Assembly: GCA_003344405.1 (NCBI GenBank)
Contig: NOWV01000020.1
Coordinates: 806,001 to 832,228, forward strand
DNA length: 26,228 bases
Direction: 5' to 3'
Source: Trichoplax sp. H2
Lineage: Eukaryota
Shown here: in pieces, positions 23,409 through 26,228 of the stretch
How positions within the stretch are numbered: the first letter of the stretch is position 1
Layout: each line of letters opens with the position of its first letter
Program-made: the position numbers and the translations under genes
Notes under the pieces: generated by a model
What the model was told of the DNA's origin: nothing
Databases searched by the model: none
The model's input: the letters and a program-made list of their open reading frames with translations, nothing else

Positions 23409-26228
23409 ATGACAAGTAAAATATGCACATTAGGAATTTTCACACTAGTTCTTGTCGAAATTCTATGTTCGTCGACTTATGCAAACCAAGATAGTATTGA
23501 AATTCAAGAATCTACTTCCTCATGTCTAGAGAACTGTCAATGTCGAGATTCCGAAATTCGTTGTGAAGGCTTTCCCTCTGATATTCATCGGACACCTGAA
23601 GGAGTGAAACGAATGTACGTAAATTAATATTAATTATATTATTGAAACAGATTTAACGTTGATCATATTTTAACTTGTATCAATATCTATAAGTTGTGAA
23701 TTCACTCTTTAGATACATGTAAGTTTTGAGAATTTACTTTAAATTCTATATAGCTGTTTTCTTCTTAACGCCTAGCGATGTAAAACGCCTCCTTCTGAAA
23801 GGCTTCAACAGTAAAATATCTGGCATAAGCCATTAATCATAATTTCAGTTGGTTGTATTAAAAATTCAATTTTTCATCATCTCAAATCATTAGCTTTGCT
23901 ATAGTTTGTGTTCAGCTTTGCTATATGATGCATAAAATAAAGATTTATCAGTCAGTATTCTGTGCTTGAGACGCTGATCACTATCGACGATTCACCTTAG
24001 ACAAGCTGAAGCTTTCCTGAGTAACAAACTCTAAATAATATAATTAAAAATCGTGACTTTACAAAACAAGCTTATTATTAATTTTTGAGCTAGCCTAAAG
24101 AGTTTTCGTAATTTCGACAGTTTGATAGTTTTTTTAGGTAAAGTAGAGCCCAAATATATCCAAGACTAAGATTGTTAGATTGTATATATACATGATTATT
24201 AGATGAACTGTTTGGTTTGTAAAATTCATTATATAATCCTTGTTAAAAAATTTGGGGATAATATTAATAGAGTTTTTCAAAAAGCTATTTCTTGCGAAGA
24301 AGAAAATCTACAACGGTTGCACAAGTTAATCGTGTTAACAAATATAGAATTAATCGGCCAATGCAATTGCCCTGAACGTCTCGCCGGACATGACTTGAAA
24401 GATGTTAATGAGCTAAGATCGAACTCTTTGGAGCTTCATCGTCACGAAAGATCAGGTAATAAATAAGAAGATATACACTTCTAAAGATTGTTATTACGCC
24501 AGTGAAGTACCCGAACTGTAGTTTTGTTTCATTTTAATTTTAATGGGAGTAATCCAATGTTGATTACAGATAAATGTGGTAAATATGTAAAATTTTAGCA
24601 TAAGAAGTTATCTTACTCATTCTACTTTAACAAAAACATACAAATTACTATTGTAGTTGATAGAAGAAGCATCATTAATAGTCGATACGCTTTGTCACTC
24701 GATAAAACATGGAATTCGACTTCGGGCTACGTATCTGTTCAATATAAGGGAAGAACTGGCGTTATATGTGAAAGTCTTTGGTATTTAGAAAATGCAGACG
24801 TAATTTGCCGCCAAATAGGATACATTGGCGCCTTCTCGGGAGCATGTAAGTCAAACTATTTTAGTATTAAATTAAAAATCGTAATCTTGATTGGTAATGT
24901 TTAAGCCTAACTAGGAAATGTTTAGAATTGCCTTAATTGATTTGCACACATTTAATCTGCACTCTCATCTTATATAGACGGACCTGGATCACCTCGATCG
25001 CAAGCAACTTTAATTCACGATCTTAGCTGCAATGGTTATGAAACGGTAGTCGACCAGTGCAGGATATCCCGATCTTCATATACCTGTAGGGAAATTTATG
25101 TTCGAGGTGTATCATGTAATCCTGGTCAAACAGCTGCCGATTACGGTATGTAAGCTAAAAAATAAAAACAGGCTCCGTGATATTTCATTAACATTTTAGG
25201 ATTATTTTCCATTATCTAATTTGTATCAATAACGTAACATAAAAACTGATATAGCCGCACTATATAATACTTCTATTAAACCAACACATTCTTAGATAGC
25301 AGAAATCGTCCCGATTACTGTACCTTCGAAAAAGGATTCTGTGGGTGGTCAAATCAGGCTACACCTGGTTTTATACATCATCCCGGTGACGGTAGACATT
25401 ATAATCCATCGTACTCATGTATGTATGATATTTAATGACAATAAATTGGATAACAAGTAGCACAGTATAACCAGAGATAATATTTAAGTCAAATGGCCAT
25501 CCGATATAATTTCTGAAGGTTCAAATCATTAAGATCATAAAATTTTTGTTCTTATTCTAGATAGAAACTATATTTACGCCATAAGACCACGTAACAGCTT
25601 AATCAAAGTTAATGCTGAGCTAATTAGTCCACCTTTTGAACGACACAGTACTTCATCATCATACGTAGGTTTTGATAAAATTTTTTAAAGAACTTATTTC
25701 ATTTTATTAACTAAAATACAAGACGAATGTCCAAAGATTTAGTGTGAAATATTGATGGTTTTTAGGTCACTTATGTATATGATGTAAATGGGTCAAGAAT
25801 GAATAAGCTTCTCATTAGCTACAGAGCAAGTTACGGGAGCGATACAACGATAGAATCCAAATCGTTTTCTTCTTCTACTGCAGGTTGGAGTAGTGGACTA
25901 TCTTCATCTTTCAGACCCAATGGAGTATTTACTGTAAGTACATGTCAACAATAATGTTTAATTTGCTATAAAGCTTTACTGTCGTTTCTACCGTTTGTGC
26001 AAATTGAACGCATTGACATAAGGTACTATAATTCTTATGGCCTACATATGAATTACATAGCTGGTTGATTATTTGTTACGTTAATGAAACCGAGCACTAA
26101 TTTTACTCATTTCACAAAATAGCAAAATCGATTAAAAATAAGTTAAAATTGTAAGCTTTGCTACATAATGAACATTATAATTGTTAGTGCAGCGTCTATT
26201 TCACTTAGTGATCCACTTACTACACTCA
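23409..26228 (+). CDS. Gene 2: signal peptide-LRRNT-(LRR eroded/short)-LRRCT-like-SRCR-MAM protein, 3' end beyond window; paralog of the C-terminal ectodomain of gene 1
   Basis: Exon 23409-23614 (MTSKICTLGIFTLVLVEILCSSTYA; CLENCQCRDSEIRC..P..IHRTPEGVKR, phase-2 donor typical of LRR genes); tentative 23776-23810 (DVKRLLLKGFN); 24348-24455 (CNCPERLAGHDLKDV); SRCR 24657-24845 and 24978-25145; MAM 25296-25418, 25561-25664, 25766-25933; probable last MAM exon near 26156-26228. Connection of the LRR part is uncertain. Confidence 0.72.
24657..25933 (+). CDS. Gene 2 SRCR + MAM exons
   Basis: SGYVSVQYKGRTGVICESLWYLENADVICRQIGY / IHDLSCNGYETVVDQC...C...GVSC / SRNRPDYCTFEKGFCGW / YIYAIRP...AELISPP / VTYVYDV...W. 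Open frame with compatible phases. Confidence 0.9.

Overview
Eukaryotic, very AT-rich (roughly 30% GC by eye), intron-dense animal DNA with short GT-AG introns and one 20-N scaffold gap. The style is consistent with a compact early-branching metazoan such as a placozoan, but this is inferred, not proven. The window holds two tandem + strand paralogous receptor genes. Gene 1 (11170-16569, 17 exons traced by hand, about 818 codons, 5' signal exon not found) encodes MAM-kringle-SRCR-SRCR-MAM-TM with an S/T-P-rich tail ending in a PDZ-type SSVV. Gene 2 (23409 to past the window end) encodes signal peptide-LRRNT-(eroded or very short LRR)-LRRCT-like-SRCR-MAM and shares an SRCR-MAM module with gene 1, with identical exon sizes. 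The apparently empty DNA around them carries several heavily decayed LRR / rhodopsin-class 7TM (LGR-like) remnants. It also holds three solo-LTR-like elements with TG...CA-type ends and 5-bp target-site duplications, two tandem duplications, and a two-haplotype duplication around the gap that reveals a ~3.1 kb indel.
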